Numbered from the stretch's first letter, positions 50,401 through 59,940 are shown. The stretch is 64,000 bases of DNA from an uncultured Candidatus Poseidoniales archaeon (GCA_905182515.1 CAJJBW010000007.1:17025-81024); one strand, 5' to 3'. Numbers and translations: made by a program. The notes: a model not told the origin generated them from the letters alone.

Positions 50401-50686
50401 ATTGGTACTGGATATGAACACTGATTCAGATTTGCTTTCAAAGGGATTAGCAAGAGACATAATCAGAAGAATACAGTCAAAAAGAAAAGACATGAATTTA
50501 AATGTTGAGGCTATGATAAATCTATCAGTTTGGATCCAGGGGCTTACTCTTAATGATAATGATTGGACCCATATACAGAATGAAACAAGAACAGGTAAAG
50601 CAGCATTAAACGAAGGAGATATTCCAACTAATTCAGAAGAATTTAGCGTGGATGGTGTTACTATTTTCTTTAACACTACTTCATAA
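47498..50686 (+). CDS. ileS: Isoleucine--tRNA ligase (type 2)
   Basis: EGPPTANG.PGIHH, GWDTHGLP, WTTTPWTL, GTGVVH, DQTRGWF, KMSKS. Confidence 0.97.
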   Translation: MVVPNSLGELDPVALENSLMYIWDNEKTFEKSIDIRRQNKSPFTFLEGPPTANGKPGIHHVLSRLYKDMVCRWKSMEGHIVERKGGWDTHGLPVEIEVQKKLNLMSNEAIEEYGMEKFNQKCKESVWEYEESWREMTERMAFWVDMDNPYVTLHDEYIESAWWSLKQMHDKGLLFRGHKVLPYCPQTGTSYSTHEVSQGYKEVSEPAVFIKFKLIDDDVSILAWTTTPWTLPGNVGLAVGPNVTYCRIKVTSPPSESWEGRGGAEVGEEIILAKDLLGNVLRHHMEIIEEFPGSDLVGKSYSPIFPGAIERGDSITAWTIVAANFVTTTDGTGVVHTAVMYGEDDYNLGMEMGFPAQHTVGMDGKFIIGTHKILDNRYVKDCDSDIIDHLEKEGSLYREHIYTHDYPHCWRTDHPLLYYAMDSWFVRMTAVKEKIIQHNSEVEWAPEWTGSGRVGEWLRNLKDWAISRERYWGTPIPVWICEDCGHEHCIGSIEEMNALKTADSPTPKELHRPYVDEVRLNCSSSNCNGEMIREPYVMDCWFDSGCAPFAQWHYPFENKEKFTGSFPVDYICEAVDQTRGWFYSLLAVSTTVFDSIAYKRCLSLGHILDNEGKKMSKSKGNVVDPWDHFNKEGADAIRWYMVTQSAPWNPMNFDPNGVRETYGKMFLTLWNVHKFHSDYAALDGFDPEDTGGWVEVSARRPLDRWILSKISRVAEVFNDNFASWEFHKAGRDLESFVVNDLSNWYVRRSRRRLWDEIDSNDKRACQHTLHEVLIVVSRLMAPISPFMADKIHRDLAGSSVHLADWPVGSELVDRDLPPQDYGLEQQMELVRDLAEGGRRIRVESGRRQRLPCRNGWIIGGPDISDFHEILSEELNVENLTTEDDLDKFQKIILLPNRKILGAKCRSDLPEVLSQLETVDPDSFLLEVQAGIAALAGYDIIMEDIEIKRIEKDDFAASTLSNDDLGDVTLVLDMNTDSDLLSKGLARDIIRRIQSKRKDMNLNVEAMINLSVWIQGLTLNDNDWTHIQNETRTGKAALNEGDIPTNSEEFSVDGVTIFFNTTS

Positions 50687-50708
50687 CATCAGTGCAATTA
50701 GAAGGTTT

Positions 50709-51080
50709 GTGGTTAAAGAGATATCAAGACTTTATGGAATATATCATGCAAATGGTGGATTGGTCGGCGAATTAACTTATATTTTTGGAAAGTATAGGAA
50801 GGCTATGCATTGTTCTCTATGTGACATAACGCATGGAAAAATTTCTATTAAGGCTAGTTGGAATAAATTAACCAAGAAGCTTTTGGTGCCTTTTGATCTT
50901 CTTCATTTAAATGAGAGAACTGAAGATTTAGTATTAATTTCAGAAAATAAAACCCCTTGTATCATAGCCAAAATAGACGGAGAATTACAAATATTAATAT
51001 CTTCTCAAGAATTGAATATTTGTAAAAAATCGATTGATAAATTTGAACAATTACTGGAAGAAAAATTAAAAGTAATTTGA
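50709..51080 (+). CDS. Conserved hypothetical protein with a CxxC motif
   Basis: YHANGG..GEL.Y, HCSLCDITHG, TPCI. Confidence 0.7.
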   Translation: MVKEISRLYGIYHANGGLVGELTYIFGKYRKAMHCSLCDITHGKISIKASWNKLTKKLLVPFDLLHLNERTEDLVLISENKTPCIIAKIDGELQILISSQELNICKKSIDKFEQLLEEKLKVI

Positions 51081-51090
51081 CATTATAATA

Positions 51091-51969
51091 TTATAGAACT
51101 TCTCCACAAAATTTACAAAATTTTGCATTATGATCATGACCTTCTTTGGAACATGAAGGGCATGCTTGAGTACTTATTGGATCCATTCTTGCTAATTCAG
51201 TAGAAATTATTCCAGTTGGAACTATAATCAAACTATAGCCCATTATCATAATGAATATTGCTAATATTTTTCCCAATGGCGTAGATGGCACTGTATCTCC
51301 ATAACCAGTGCTAGTAATCGTAGTTATGGACCAATATACACTTTGAGGAATTGATGTAAAACCATTCTTAGGGCCTTCCAATAAATACATTCCTGCACCG
51401 CTTATGAAACATAATACTAAGACAGTAGACAAGAATACTATAATTCTAGATTTTGATTGAGCAAGGGCCTTGGTGAGAACAAACGATTCATTCAAATATC
51501 GACTAAGTTTAAAAACCCTAAAAATCCTAAGAAGTCTTAAAGCCCGGATGCCAAGTAAACTTTGTATGCCTCCTAATCCAGTCAAAAGGGCTAAGTATGT
51601 TGGTAATATTGATACTAAATCAACTATTCCAAAAAATGATTTAATGTACTTAACGGGTTTTTTTACAGAAATTAATCTAAGAATATACTCAATTGAAAAT
51701 AAAATAGTAAAAAACCATTCAACTATTATTAATTCGATATGGTATTTTGCATCTATTGAATCAACGCTTTCAAGAGATACTACTATTACAGACAATAAAA
51801 TAGCAATTAAGAGTGCTATATCAAAGAATTTTCCATATGAGGTATCGGCTTCAAATATAGTTTCATGAATCTTTTCTCTATATGAATTTGGAGGGCGGAA
51901 CGCAAATTCTTCAACCTCCATGTATGACCTAGGAGGGAGGCGGTCTAATATTTTACTAATATTTATCAT
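51091..51969 (-). CDS. 6-TM voltage-gated potassium-channel-type ion transporter with a C-terminal Zn ribbon
   Basis: S4 RALRLLRIFRVFK, pore TSTGYGD, C-terminal CPSC…CKFC. Confidence 0.9.
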   Translation of the reverse strand: MINISKILDRLPPRSYMEVEEFAFRPPNSYREKIHETIFEADTSYGKFFDIALLIAILLSVIVVSLESVDSIDAKYHIELIIVEWFFTILFSIEYILRLISVKKPVKYIKSFFGIVDLVSILPTYLALLTGLGGIQSLLGIRALRLLRIFRVFKLSRYLNESFVLTKALAQSKSRIIVFLSTVLVLCFISGAGMYLLEGPKNGFTSIPQSVYWSITTITSTGYGDTVPSTPLGKILAIFIMIMGYSLIIVPTGIISTELARMDPISTQACPSCSKEGHDHNAKFCKFCGEVL

Positions 51970-53396
51970 GCAATTTGATAAATCTGTGGCAATAATAACT
52001 CTACGCCAAATAATGGATCCGGATCAGTAGAATCGTGATAAGCAATGAAAGAACCTCCATCTGGCAAAATACCCATACTGGCAAAATCAAACCTGATATC
52101 TGCACCAGCTCCTGAAGTAGAATCTAGGTCCCCTTGTCCAATGTAAGTTTTTGAATCAGGTATTAGACTTTGAGAGAAATCCCTGACATGCCATGCAACG
52201 TCGATATCAGGGCCATTGGCACTTTGATAACGTACATTTAGAACAAATAAATCGTGCACACCACTAGAATGAAATTCCCATTCTTCTATTCCACTTGCAA
52301 ATCCAGATAAATCATAAGTATTATTTTCCCATGTCTCCCCTCCATCCCAAGACAAGGAATGCGTGACTATGTTATCTCCTCCTATGACACAATGTAATGC
52401 AGCTGAAGAGTCAAAGGCACAATACTCTGAAGGCAAAGAAGATCCATTTAGAGTAGTGGCAGACCACCAATTCAATGACGTATCCAAAAAGGCATCAGTA
52501 CCATCAATAAAATAATTTGGAAAATATAATCCACCTGAAGGTACCGGGAAGGCTCGCATCTCTTTGTGGGGTTTGGTAAAATCCCATTCTGGCCCTAGTA
52601 AATTTGCAGTTAAATCAACTTCAATAATAGCTAGACTTCCATCCCTATCTGGAAAATTAAAATAATCATAATTTAAACCATCTGTAGAAATTTGCCCCCC
52701 TATATTTTGAACTTGGTGCCAAAAATTTGATATTACGATACTTGCATAGTCTCCATTTCCATATATCCCACCATTAATCGGGCCGATGACTTCTACTTGC
52801 CATGAACGATCATAGAAGGGCTCAGGAGTTCTATTAAAACACCAACTCCATTCTCCATTATTTGCATCATACAAAAATGCATAAAATTGATCAGCCCCAC
52901 TTACGCTAGGATAAGGAAACCACCCCATCGAAATTAGGTCACCATTGGTAGCTTGAACGATGCTTCCTTCTCCAAGTCCTTCTTGACCAGGTACATTTGG
53001 CTTAGGTTCTAAACAACCTAATTGAGAGAATATTTCTGGAATATATTCTTGCCATGTATGGCCCCTATCTTCAGACCATGTAGGATATTCTCCTCCAAAA
53101 TTAACTATCCAGCCTTCTTTAGTAGCGGCTAAATAATGCTCACAACAATTTCCTCCTTCTTCATTTCCAAAAACTGCCCAAGATGAATTTCCCCAAGTCT
53201 CGTTATTTGCTGGATGACCAACTACAAAATCCCTAGAATCCTGGTGGCTTTCAGGAGTTTCAATATACACAAAGTCATTGTCCCACGGTATTGAGTTTTT
53301 TTCCAAAGTATCTACTTCTCCCAAGCAACCTGCTAAAATCATACTTAATACTATCAAAAAAGCAATTGGTTTTCTGTCCATTGCCATTGCCCTCAT
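51966..53396 (-). CDS. Lipoprotein with Asp-box (BNR/sialidase-like beta-propeller) repeats
   Basis: LAGC lipobox; SEDRGHTW and SWDGGETW Asp-boxes. Confidence 0.7.
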   Translation of the reverse strand: MRAMAMDRKPIAFLIVLSMILAGCLGEVDTLEKNSIPWDNDFVYIETPESHQDSRDFVVGHPANNETWGNSSWAVFGNEEGGNCCEHYLAATKEGWIVNFGGEYPTWSEDRGHTWQEYIPEIFSQLGCLEPKPNVPGQEGLGEGSIVQATNGDLISMGWFPYPSVSGADQFYAFLYDANNGEWSWCFNRTPEPFYDRSWQVEVIGPINGGIYGNGDYASIVISNFWHQVQNIGGQISTDGLNYDYFNFPDRDGSLAIIEVDLTANLLGPEWDFTKPHKEMRAFPVPSGGLYFPNYFIDGTDAFLDTSLNWWSATTLNGSSLPSEYCAFDSSAALHCVIGGDNIVTHSLSWDGGETWENNTYDLSGFASGIEEWEFHSSGVHDLFVLNVRYQSANGPDIDVAWHVRDFSQSLIPDSKTYIGQGDLDSTSGAGADIRFDFASMGILPDGGSFIAYHDSTDPDPLFGVELLLPQIYQIA

Positions 53397-53513
53397 ATCC
53401 TACCCGACTATTGCCCCATTTATCGCACTTATCTATCTAAGTTTTAATTTTAACCTTGATCAGGGGCCTTTATAATAAATATATTTGAAAACTTATACCG
53501 TTAGGAGATTACG

Positions 53514-54425
53514 ATGGGGACTCATGAATATATACAAGATCAACGCAACGATAATGTATGGATTTCAATAAATAAAGAATTATTTATGCGCCCTGATGCC
53601 AAAATATCAGTCTTAGATGCAGGATTTTTACTTGGTGACGGAATTTGGGAAGCTTTTCGACTTCATGAAGGAATATTAGTTTTCATAAACGACCATCTGA
53701 ATCGTCTTTTCCATGGTGCAGAAAATATATCATTAGAAATTCCTTATTCTCGTGAAGAAATTATATCAGAAATAAAAAAGGTAATTGAAATGAATAAAAT
53801 GTATAATGATGTTCATATTAGATTAATTATTACTCGCGGATTAAAGCCCACTCCCTACCAAGCCCCTTGGGTAATTTCTAGCCCTCCTACTATGGTAATT
53901 ATACCTGAATATAAAAAGGCAAATATTGAGCGTAGTAAAAATGGTATTTCATTAGTTAAAGTTGATATCATTAGAGGTCCAAAAAATGCACAAGACCCCA
54001 GAATAAATAGTCTATCAAAACATAATTGTATAGCAGCATGTATAGATGCAAGAAATAAAGGAGGTGAGGAAGGACTTATGTTAGACCCAAATGGTAATGT
54101 AAGTACATGTAATTCAACCCACTTCTTTATGGTAAAAAATGGAGAAGTTTGGACCTCTAACGGAGACTTCTGCCTTAATGGGATAACTAGGCAGAAAATA
54201 ATTGATATTTGCCATAGTAATAATATTTCTTGTCTTGAAAAGAATTTTACGGCTGATGAGGTTAAGGATGCAGATGAATTATTTGTCACAGGAACTTTTG
54301 CTGGATTAACTCCAGTGAATAAATATAATGGAAAAATTGTCAGTAATGGGTCTAGAGGGCCAATAGTAAAAAAATTACAGGAACTGTATGTTCAAATGAT
54401 AGAGGATGAATGTAATGGCCAATAA
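53514..54425 (+). CDS. Class IV PLP-dependent aminotransferase
   Basis: GFLLGDGIWEAFR, HLNRL, EGLMLD, CLNGITR, ADELFVTGT. Confidence 0.92.
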   Translation: MGTHEYIQDQRNDNVWISINKELFMRPDAKISVLDAGFLLGDGIWEAFRLHEGILVFINDHLNRLFHGAENISLEIPYSREEIISEIKKVIEMNKMYNDVHIRLIITRGLKPTPYQAPWVISSPPTMVIIPEYKKANIERSKNGISLVKVDIIRGPKNAQDPRINSLSKHNCIAACIDARNKGGEEGLMLDPNGNVSTCNSTHFFMVKNGEVWTSNGDFCLNGITRQKIIDICHSNNISCLEKNFTADEVKDADELFVTGTFAGLTPVNKYNGKIVSNGSRGPIVKKLQELYVQMIEDECNGQ

Positions 54426-55143
54426 TAAGATCGCTATGTGGTCAGGGCCAAGAAATATTTCAACTGCATTGATGTATGCTTTTAATAGCCGTTCGGATAC
54501 ATTCTGTATTGATGAGCCACTGTATTCTTATTATTTATCTAATACAAAAATAACTCATCCCGGAAGACAAGAAATTATTGATAACTACGAATGGGACATA
54601 AATAAACTAATAGACAAAATTTGTGGAGATATTCCAAATGAAAAAAGTATTTATTATCAAAAGCATATGGCGCACCACATATTACCTGAAACTCCAATAG
54701 AATGGATTTTAAAATTGAAAAATTGCTTTTTAATTCGGGAGCCTAAAGATGTAATTTATTCATTATCAAAAAAGATTGATGATATCAAGATTGAATCGAC
54801 CGGCCTAATCGAACAAAATAAGTTATTTAATAAAATTAATGAACTCGGGAAGAATACTCCAATTGTCATAGATTCTAGAGATATTTTGAGGAATCCAGAA
54901 TATATGATGAAAAGATTGTGTAAAGAATTAGAAATACCATTTGAAACATCGATGACATCATGGCCTGAAGGGAAGAAGGATTGCGACGGGATATGGGCAA
55001 AACATTGGTATGGCGAAGTCTGGAAATCTACTAAATTTAATAAATATATAAAAAAGGAAATATCATTATCCGAACAACATATTAACCTATATTATGAATG
55101 TAAAATTCTGTATGATGAATTATTTAAATTTCGAATAATCTGA
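54406..55143 (+). CDS. Sulfotransferase-like P-loop protein
   Basis: AMWSGPRNISTALMY, DEPLY, QKHMAHH, FLIREP, WY..V..ST.F. Confidence 0.85.
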   Translation: MNVMANNKIAMWSGPRNISTALMYAFNSRSDTFCIDEPLYSYYLSNTKITHPGRQEIIDNYEWDINKLIDKICGDIPNEKSIYYQKHMAHHILPETPIEWILKLKNCFLIREPKDVIYSLSKKIDDIKIESTGLIEQNKLFNKINELGKNTPIVIDSRDILRNPEYMMKRLCKELEIPFETSMTSWPEGKKDCDGIWAKHWYGEVWKSTKFNKYIKKEISLSEQHINLYYECKILYDELFKFRII

Positions 55144-55151
55144 TTTAAAAT

Positions 55152-55482
55152 TAATCGAAAATAAGGCTCCTCAGGTACATTCATAGCATTATTTTTTTTC
55201 ATCTTCACAGAGATAGGCACATAAAACCATTGTTTCAGCATTATTGGGTTCGATTTTATTGTGAGTCCTTATTATCACATCATGGCCATTATGAAACGTT
55301 TTATAATTTATAATTTCTATTTGAGTTACTAAAGTCCAAAGAATTGTTTTCTTTTTGCTAGACGCCACAACATTTGATGCATTATTCCATATAAAATTTT
55401 CAGTGAGAATCGATTCCAAATGACTAATATCTTTACTTCTCATCGTATTATTTCAAGCAGTTATTGCATCCATGAAAGTCAT
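55152..55482 (-). pseudogene. Decayed NTF2/SnoaL-like gene
   Basis: GAGGT SD + ATG 55482, in-frame TGA at codon 10, then SHLESILTENFIW; apparent frameshift at an A8 run near 55195. Confidence 0.55.
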
Positions 55483-55544
55483 CTTAACCTCTACGAAACG
55501 TGGTAATTTAGATATATATTTTATTATAAAGGTCTTAAAATGTA

Positions 55545-56393
55545 CTATGGTTGATGAAATAAATCAAACCCTAAGTCTAATGAATTAAATGCCAAAGTGG
55601 TTACAGAATTGGATCCATAATTAACATTTATAGTTACTTCCACTCTATCATCAAATGTAGGCACACAAAATGAAAATGCCATTTCTACTTTGACAGTCAT
55701 TCCATAATCTATTAATTCACCGCTAGCAATATTTACATCTTCGCCAAATGTATTTTTGTCATCTACTAATCGTGAGCCAGAATCGACTAAGGTAGAATAA
55801 TCAGTACTAAGAGTATCTCCATTTTGACAGGTTGTCGAAGTACTAATATCATCGACCATTATTGAAGGAGAACCTGCATTTAACCTTAGAAATAGTAGTA
55901 ATGAAAAACTCATAACCTTTATTGATGAAATTTCATCATTGCCAGCTCCGGCTGCTTCTATAGAAGATAGTCCATGGTTTCCTGCACCAAATGAAGCCAC
56001 CCAACTACCATCAAAATTCTCGCCTTCATACATTACTATATTACAACCACTCCCCACTATGATAGAAGACGCATCATTGTCTGTGGCACCCAATCCTTCC
56101 ATTGCGCCCCTATTATAATTCCCAACTTCAAATGTTACTGCCCAACCGGTAAAACCAGAATGCTGCCATAATTGTGCTGTGCATTCAACTCCTCCTGCAA
56201 TATTGGCGCCGACCATCTTAACTTTTCTACTAAGGTCATTTTGTAAACCGTCTGAAGTTGATTCTGATTGATCTCTAATATTTTCTGCTTGATTAATAAT
56301 AACAGTAGTTGAAACAGATGCAACTAAAATAAGTGCAATGAATATTATCATAGCTCCGACCCCTATTGAACCATTAGTGGAGTTTGGAGGCAT
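55545..56393 (-). CDS. Archaellin/type IV pilin-like protein with an inserted beta-gamma-crystallin domain
   Basis: G|SIGVGAMIIFIALILVAS class III signal, LRLNAGSPSI archaellin motif, two Greek-key motifs with DNDASS and NDEISS. Confidence 0.8.
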   Translation of the reverse strand: MPPNSTNGSIGVGAMIIFIALILVASVSTTVIINQAENIRDQSESTSDGLQNDLSRKVKMVGANIAGGVECTAQLWQHSGFTGWAVTFEVGNYNRGAMEGLGATDNDASSIIVGSGCNIVMYEGENFDGSWVASFGAGNHGLSSIEAAGAGNDEISSIKVMSFSLLLFLRLNAGSPSIMVDDISTSTTCQNGDTLSTDYSTLVDSGSRLVDDKNTFGEDVNIASGELIDYGMTVKVEMAFSFCVPTFDDRVEVTINVNYGSNSVTTLAFNSLDLGFDLFHQP

Positions 56394-56455
56394 TACTTAT
56401 ATTGCTAATAGAGTAATGTGTATTATTGTATGTATTAATATGGAAATCTGAAAAA

Positions 56456-57121
56456 TTATTTTTCATTATCTTTGTTATGGAATGCCGAAGGAATATCAAA
56501 AGTTGTTTTACGTTTTGCTTTTGAAGAAATAAATAATATAACAGCAAGTAGTAAAGTATTACAAAGGAGAATTTGTCCAATTGAATATATTACAGTTGCT
56601 GTTTCTATTAAATCTAATATTCTGCTATTCCCTGAATCTAAACCAAAATCATAGTCAGGATAAAAGCCGGGCCCAAAATAAAGCATTAATACTAAATTTA
56701 TTTGACCGATTACATAAATAACGAACCAACTTAAAGTAAGACGCAGTCCAAGATGCCTTTGGCCATTCCACAAAATTGGGACAGTTATAAGCCCTAAGAA
56801 AAACAATATTAATCCATATAATACATAATAATTCATTATGTTTTTTATTTCATCGAGGTATTCTATTGTTTCAATCCAAAACTGATTACTAGCAGACCAA
56901 TTATCAATTTCTTCTTGGGACCCATTTTCAGGGTATTTCTCTAATTCATCAAATTCCCTTGGCACCTGATCCAAAAGTATTGGAGTAAGTACACCCGAAG
57001 CAACTTGAAGTGCCATAGCAAAAGTCATGATAGCCATAAAAATTGCAAGGCTTTTCAACCACCATTGAGACGGCTCGGAGATTAAAAATGATTTTTCAAG
57101 ATACTCCATACTATAATACAC
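56456..57121 (-). CDS. Multi-TM membrane protein, unknown function
   Basis: Four hydrophobic segments with acidic loops. Confidence 0.7.
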   Translation of the reverse strand: MYYSMEYLEKSFLISEPSQWWLKSLAIFMAIMTFAMALQVASGVLTPILLDQVPREFDELEKYPENGSQEEIDNWSASNQFWIETIEYLDEIKNIMNYYVLYGLILFFLGLITVPILWNGQRHLGLRLTLSWFVIYVIGQINLVLMLYFGPGFYPDYDFGLDSGNSRILDLIETATVIYSIGQILLCNTLLLAVILFISSKAKRKTTFDIPSAFHNKDNEK

Positions 57122-57140
57122 TGTATAGATATTTAAAAGA

Positions 57141-57605
57141 TTAATTGTCAGTTAATTCAGAATTATTGATGATGATTCGTGGTTCTGTCCTTACCATTGA
57201 ATGCATACACTGACGTGAAGGATTAACAATGAATCCATGTCTAAGAAAATTTCTACCAAGAATTATTCTATGCCTCATTTTAGATCTATCTTGGAGACAT
57301 ATTTCTACTTGATAATCTCTGCCTGCGATTTCTAATTTAGTATTAATTACTGGCCTAAGCGATTCTTGACCACTAGTATTCCTAACTTTTCTCCATCTTA
57401 ATATTGGCCTAGTAATTACCTTATGATTTTGGCCTAATTTAAATTTTACATAATGTTTGTTGTTCTTATCTTCAATAAGAATATCTAATGCATGCAAAGT
57501 GTTAGACCACGCTCCAGTGTCTGTTTTTGCTTTTATTGGGTTACTTTCTATATCAGGAAGTCTGACCCATTCCCTCCAACCTATAATCACATATCCGACG
57601 CTCAT
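57141..57605 (-). CDS. Retropepsin-like aspartic protease (RimB/RimK-associated family)
   Basis: IGWREWV.LP, AKTDTGA, RP.I, DRSKM…LGRNFL. Confidence 0.88.
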   Translation of the reverse strand: MSVGYVIIGWREWVRLPDIESNPIKAKTDTGAWSNTLHALDILIEDKNNKHYVKFKLGQNHKVITRPILRWRKVRNTSGQESLRPVINTKLEIAGRDYQVEICLQDRSKMRHRIILGRNFLRHGFIVNPSRQCMHSMVRTEPRIIINNSELTDN

Positions 57606-57708
57606 GATAGATTATACGGGGTGAGTTACTATTTTTGATATCTCCTTATGAAATAAATGTTTATTTGGAAATAGAATTATTCAAGTATGAGTGTTTGTGG
57701 CAATCTAT

Positions 57709-59172
57709 ATGGCGAAGGGCGAAATACCGGAAGCATTGACATTTGATGATGTTTTATTACTTCCTGCTGAATCCTCAGTTCTTCCTTCTGAAGTCAACAC
57801 AGAGACACAATTAACAAAGAAGATTAAACTCAATAATCCGATTGTGTCTGCTGCAATGGATACAGTGACTGAATCCGAAATGGCAATTGCAATGGCTCAA
57901 GCTGGAGGAATAGGTGTAATTCATAGAAACATGACTGTTGAAGAACAGGCTATTGAAATTATTAAAGTGAAAAGATTCGAATCGGGACTTATATTAGACC
58001 CTGTTACTGTATCTTCTGATCTTACTGTTGGAGAACTCAAAGAAATAAAATCTAAATATGGTTTTTCAGGATTTCCAGTAATTGATAATTCTAATAACTT
58101 AGTTGGTTTAATAACAAATAGAGATATTAGATTTGTAGAAAATGACGATGTCAAAGTTTCTGAAGTTATGACAAAAGAATTAGTTACAGTTCCAGAAGGG
58201 GTTGATAAAGAAGTAGCAAAGAAAATACTGCATAAAAATAGAATAGAGAAATTAATAGTTGTCGATGATAAAGGTGGATGCGCAGGCATGATTACTGTAA
58301 GAGATATCCAGAGGAATCGTGATAATCCAAATTCTTGCCGGGATGAAAGAGGGAGGTTGAGAGTTATTGGCGCGACCGGAACTGGACGGAAGGGAATTGA
58401 CAGAGCCATGGCACTCTTTGCAGCGGGAGCTGATGCAATAGCAGTAGATACTGCTCATGGGCATTCTCATGGAGTATTGGACACTGTGAATAAAATCAGA
58501 GAATTAGGTGGCGAAGAAGTTCAAATAATTGCAGGAAATGTTGCCACTGGTGAAGCAGCAGAAGCACTAATAAAATCTGGTGCAGATGCAATAAAAGTCG
58601 GGATTGGCCCTGGTTCTATATGCACCACTAGAATAATATCAGGAGTTGGCGTTCCTCAATTAACTGCCGTCATGAATGTAGCTGAAGTATGTAAAAAATA
58701 TAATATTCCCGTTATTGCTGATGGAGGAATAAAATACAGTGGAGATATTGCAAAAGCAATCGCAGCCGGTGCTGATTGTGTAATGGCTGGTTCTGTATTA
58801 GCAGGGACTGATGAATCACCAGGAGAAAATATCCTCTACCAAGGAAGATCATACAAAATATATCGTGGCATGGGCTCTGTTGGCGCTATGAGCAAAGGAT
58901 CTCATGAACGTTATTTTCAGTCAAAACAAGGAGATACTCAAAAATATGTACCTGAAGGTATTGAAGGGAGAGTTCCAGCAAGAGGCCCTGTCGAAAATGT
59001 AATTTATCAACTAGTAGGGGGTTTAAAATCTTCAATGGGATATACAGGTAATGAAAATATATCTCAAATGAAGAAAAATTGCAGCTTTGTAAAAATAACA
59101 AATGCTGGTTTATCTGAAAGTCATGTCCATGATGTAGAAATAACTAGAGAAGCGCCTAATTATAGAAGATGA
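57709..59172 (+). CDS. guaB: IMP dehydrogenase
   Basis: [20 protein letters not shown] pair, [24 protein letters not shown]. Confidence 0.98.
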   Translation: MAKGEIPEALTFDDVLLLPAESSVLPSEVNTETQLTKKIKLNNPIVSAAMDTVTESEMAIAMAQAGGIGVIHRNMTVEEQAIEIIKVKRFESGLILDPVTVSSDLTVGELKEIKSKYGFSGFPVIDNSNNLVGLITNRDIRFVENDDVKVSEVMTKELVTVPEGVDKEVAKKILHKNRIEKLIVVDDKGGCAGMITVRDIQRNRDNPNSCRDERGRLRVIGATGTGRKGIDRAMALFAAGADAIAVDTAHGHSHGVLDTVNKIRELGGEEVQIIAGNVATGEAAEALIKSGADAIKVGIGPGSICTTRIISGVGVPQLTAVMNVAEVCKKYNIPVIADGGIKYSGDIAKAIAAGADCVMAGSVLAGTDESPGENILYQGRSYKIYRGMGSVGAMSKGSHERYFQSKQGDTQKYVPEGIEGRVPARGPVENVIYQLVGGLKSSMGYTGNENISQMKKNCSFVKITNAGLSESHVHDVEITREAPNYRR

Positions 59173-59176
59173 TATA

Positions 59177-59698
59177 ATGGAAGAAGCAATAATAGGAGGA
59201 GGTTGTTTTTGGTGTACAGAGGGTGCATTGAAAGGTCTTAAGGGAGTTATTAATATCATTCCAGGATATTGCGGAGGCAATATAATAAACCCCACATATG
59301 AACAGATATGCAGTAAAAATACAGGCCATGCAGAAGTTGTAAAGATTAGTTTTAACCCAGGTATAATAACATTTAAAGCTATTTTAGAAGTATTTTTTAC
59401 TTCTCATGATCCAACGCAAATGAATCGTCAGGGCAATGACGTTGGGCCACAATATAGGAGTATTGCATTTTACCTGAATGATGAGCAGCATGAAGATATA
59501 AAATTAGTAATTAATAATTTGCAAACCGTAACAAACAAAAAAATAGTTACTGAGGTTGTTGAAATAAGAGATTTCTATGAAGCAGAAAAATATCATCATA
59601 ATTATTATTCTAAAAATTCATATCAGCCTTATTGTGAAATGGTAGTTGCTCCTAAAATCAAAAAGGTCAGAGAAAAATATGCTAATCTTTATGAATAA
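59177..59698 (+). CDS. msrA: Peptide-methionine (S)-S-oxide reductase
   Basis: GGGCFWCTE, TGHAEV, RQGNDVGPQYRS, FYEAE.YH. Confidence 0.97.
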   Translation: MEEAIIGGGCFWCTEGALKGLKGVINIIPGYCGGNIINPTYEQICSKNTGHAEVVKISFNPGIITFKAILEVFFTSHDPTQMNRQGNDVGPQYRSIAFYLNDEQHEDIKLVINNLQTVTNKKIVTEVVEIRDFYEAEKYHHNYYSKNSYQPYCEMVVAPKIKKVREKYANLYE

Positions 59699-59699
59699 A

Positions 59700-59717
59700 T
59701 AAGTTGGTGTCAACTTA
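59700..59717. terminator. Perfect inverted repeat TAAGTTG-GTGT-CAACTTA just after the msrA stop (hairpin or dimeric regulator site)
   Basis: 7-bp arms, 4-nt loop, starting 2 nt after the TAA. Confidence 0.35.
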
Positions 59718-59940
59718 ATATCCCCCTTAAGTAATTAATGAGTTAAAACCTGAATCTTAGGCCTTTCATTTACTCGGAATATTAAGTTAAACATTGCCAT
59801 TTGGATATTATGCATCTTGGTGCATGCCTGATAACTTATGCTTGGAAGAATCTAATGAAAAAGAGAATGCCCCTTCAAGTACGTAATGACTGGTTGCCGT
59901 CAAGGGTAACATTCAACAATTAAGAAAATTACACCAACAT

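Noticed and set aside
59720-59940. Possible ncRNA or small ORF between msrA and the membrane gene
   Set aside because: AT-rich, with no stable structure beyond the 18-nt palindrome and no convincing ORF.
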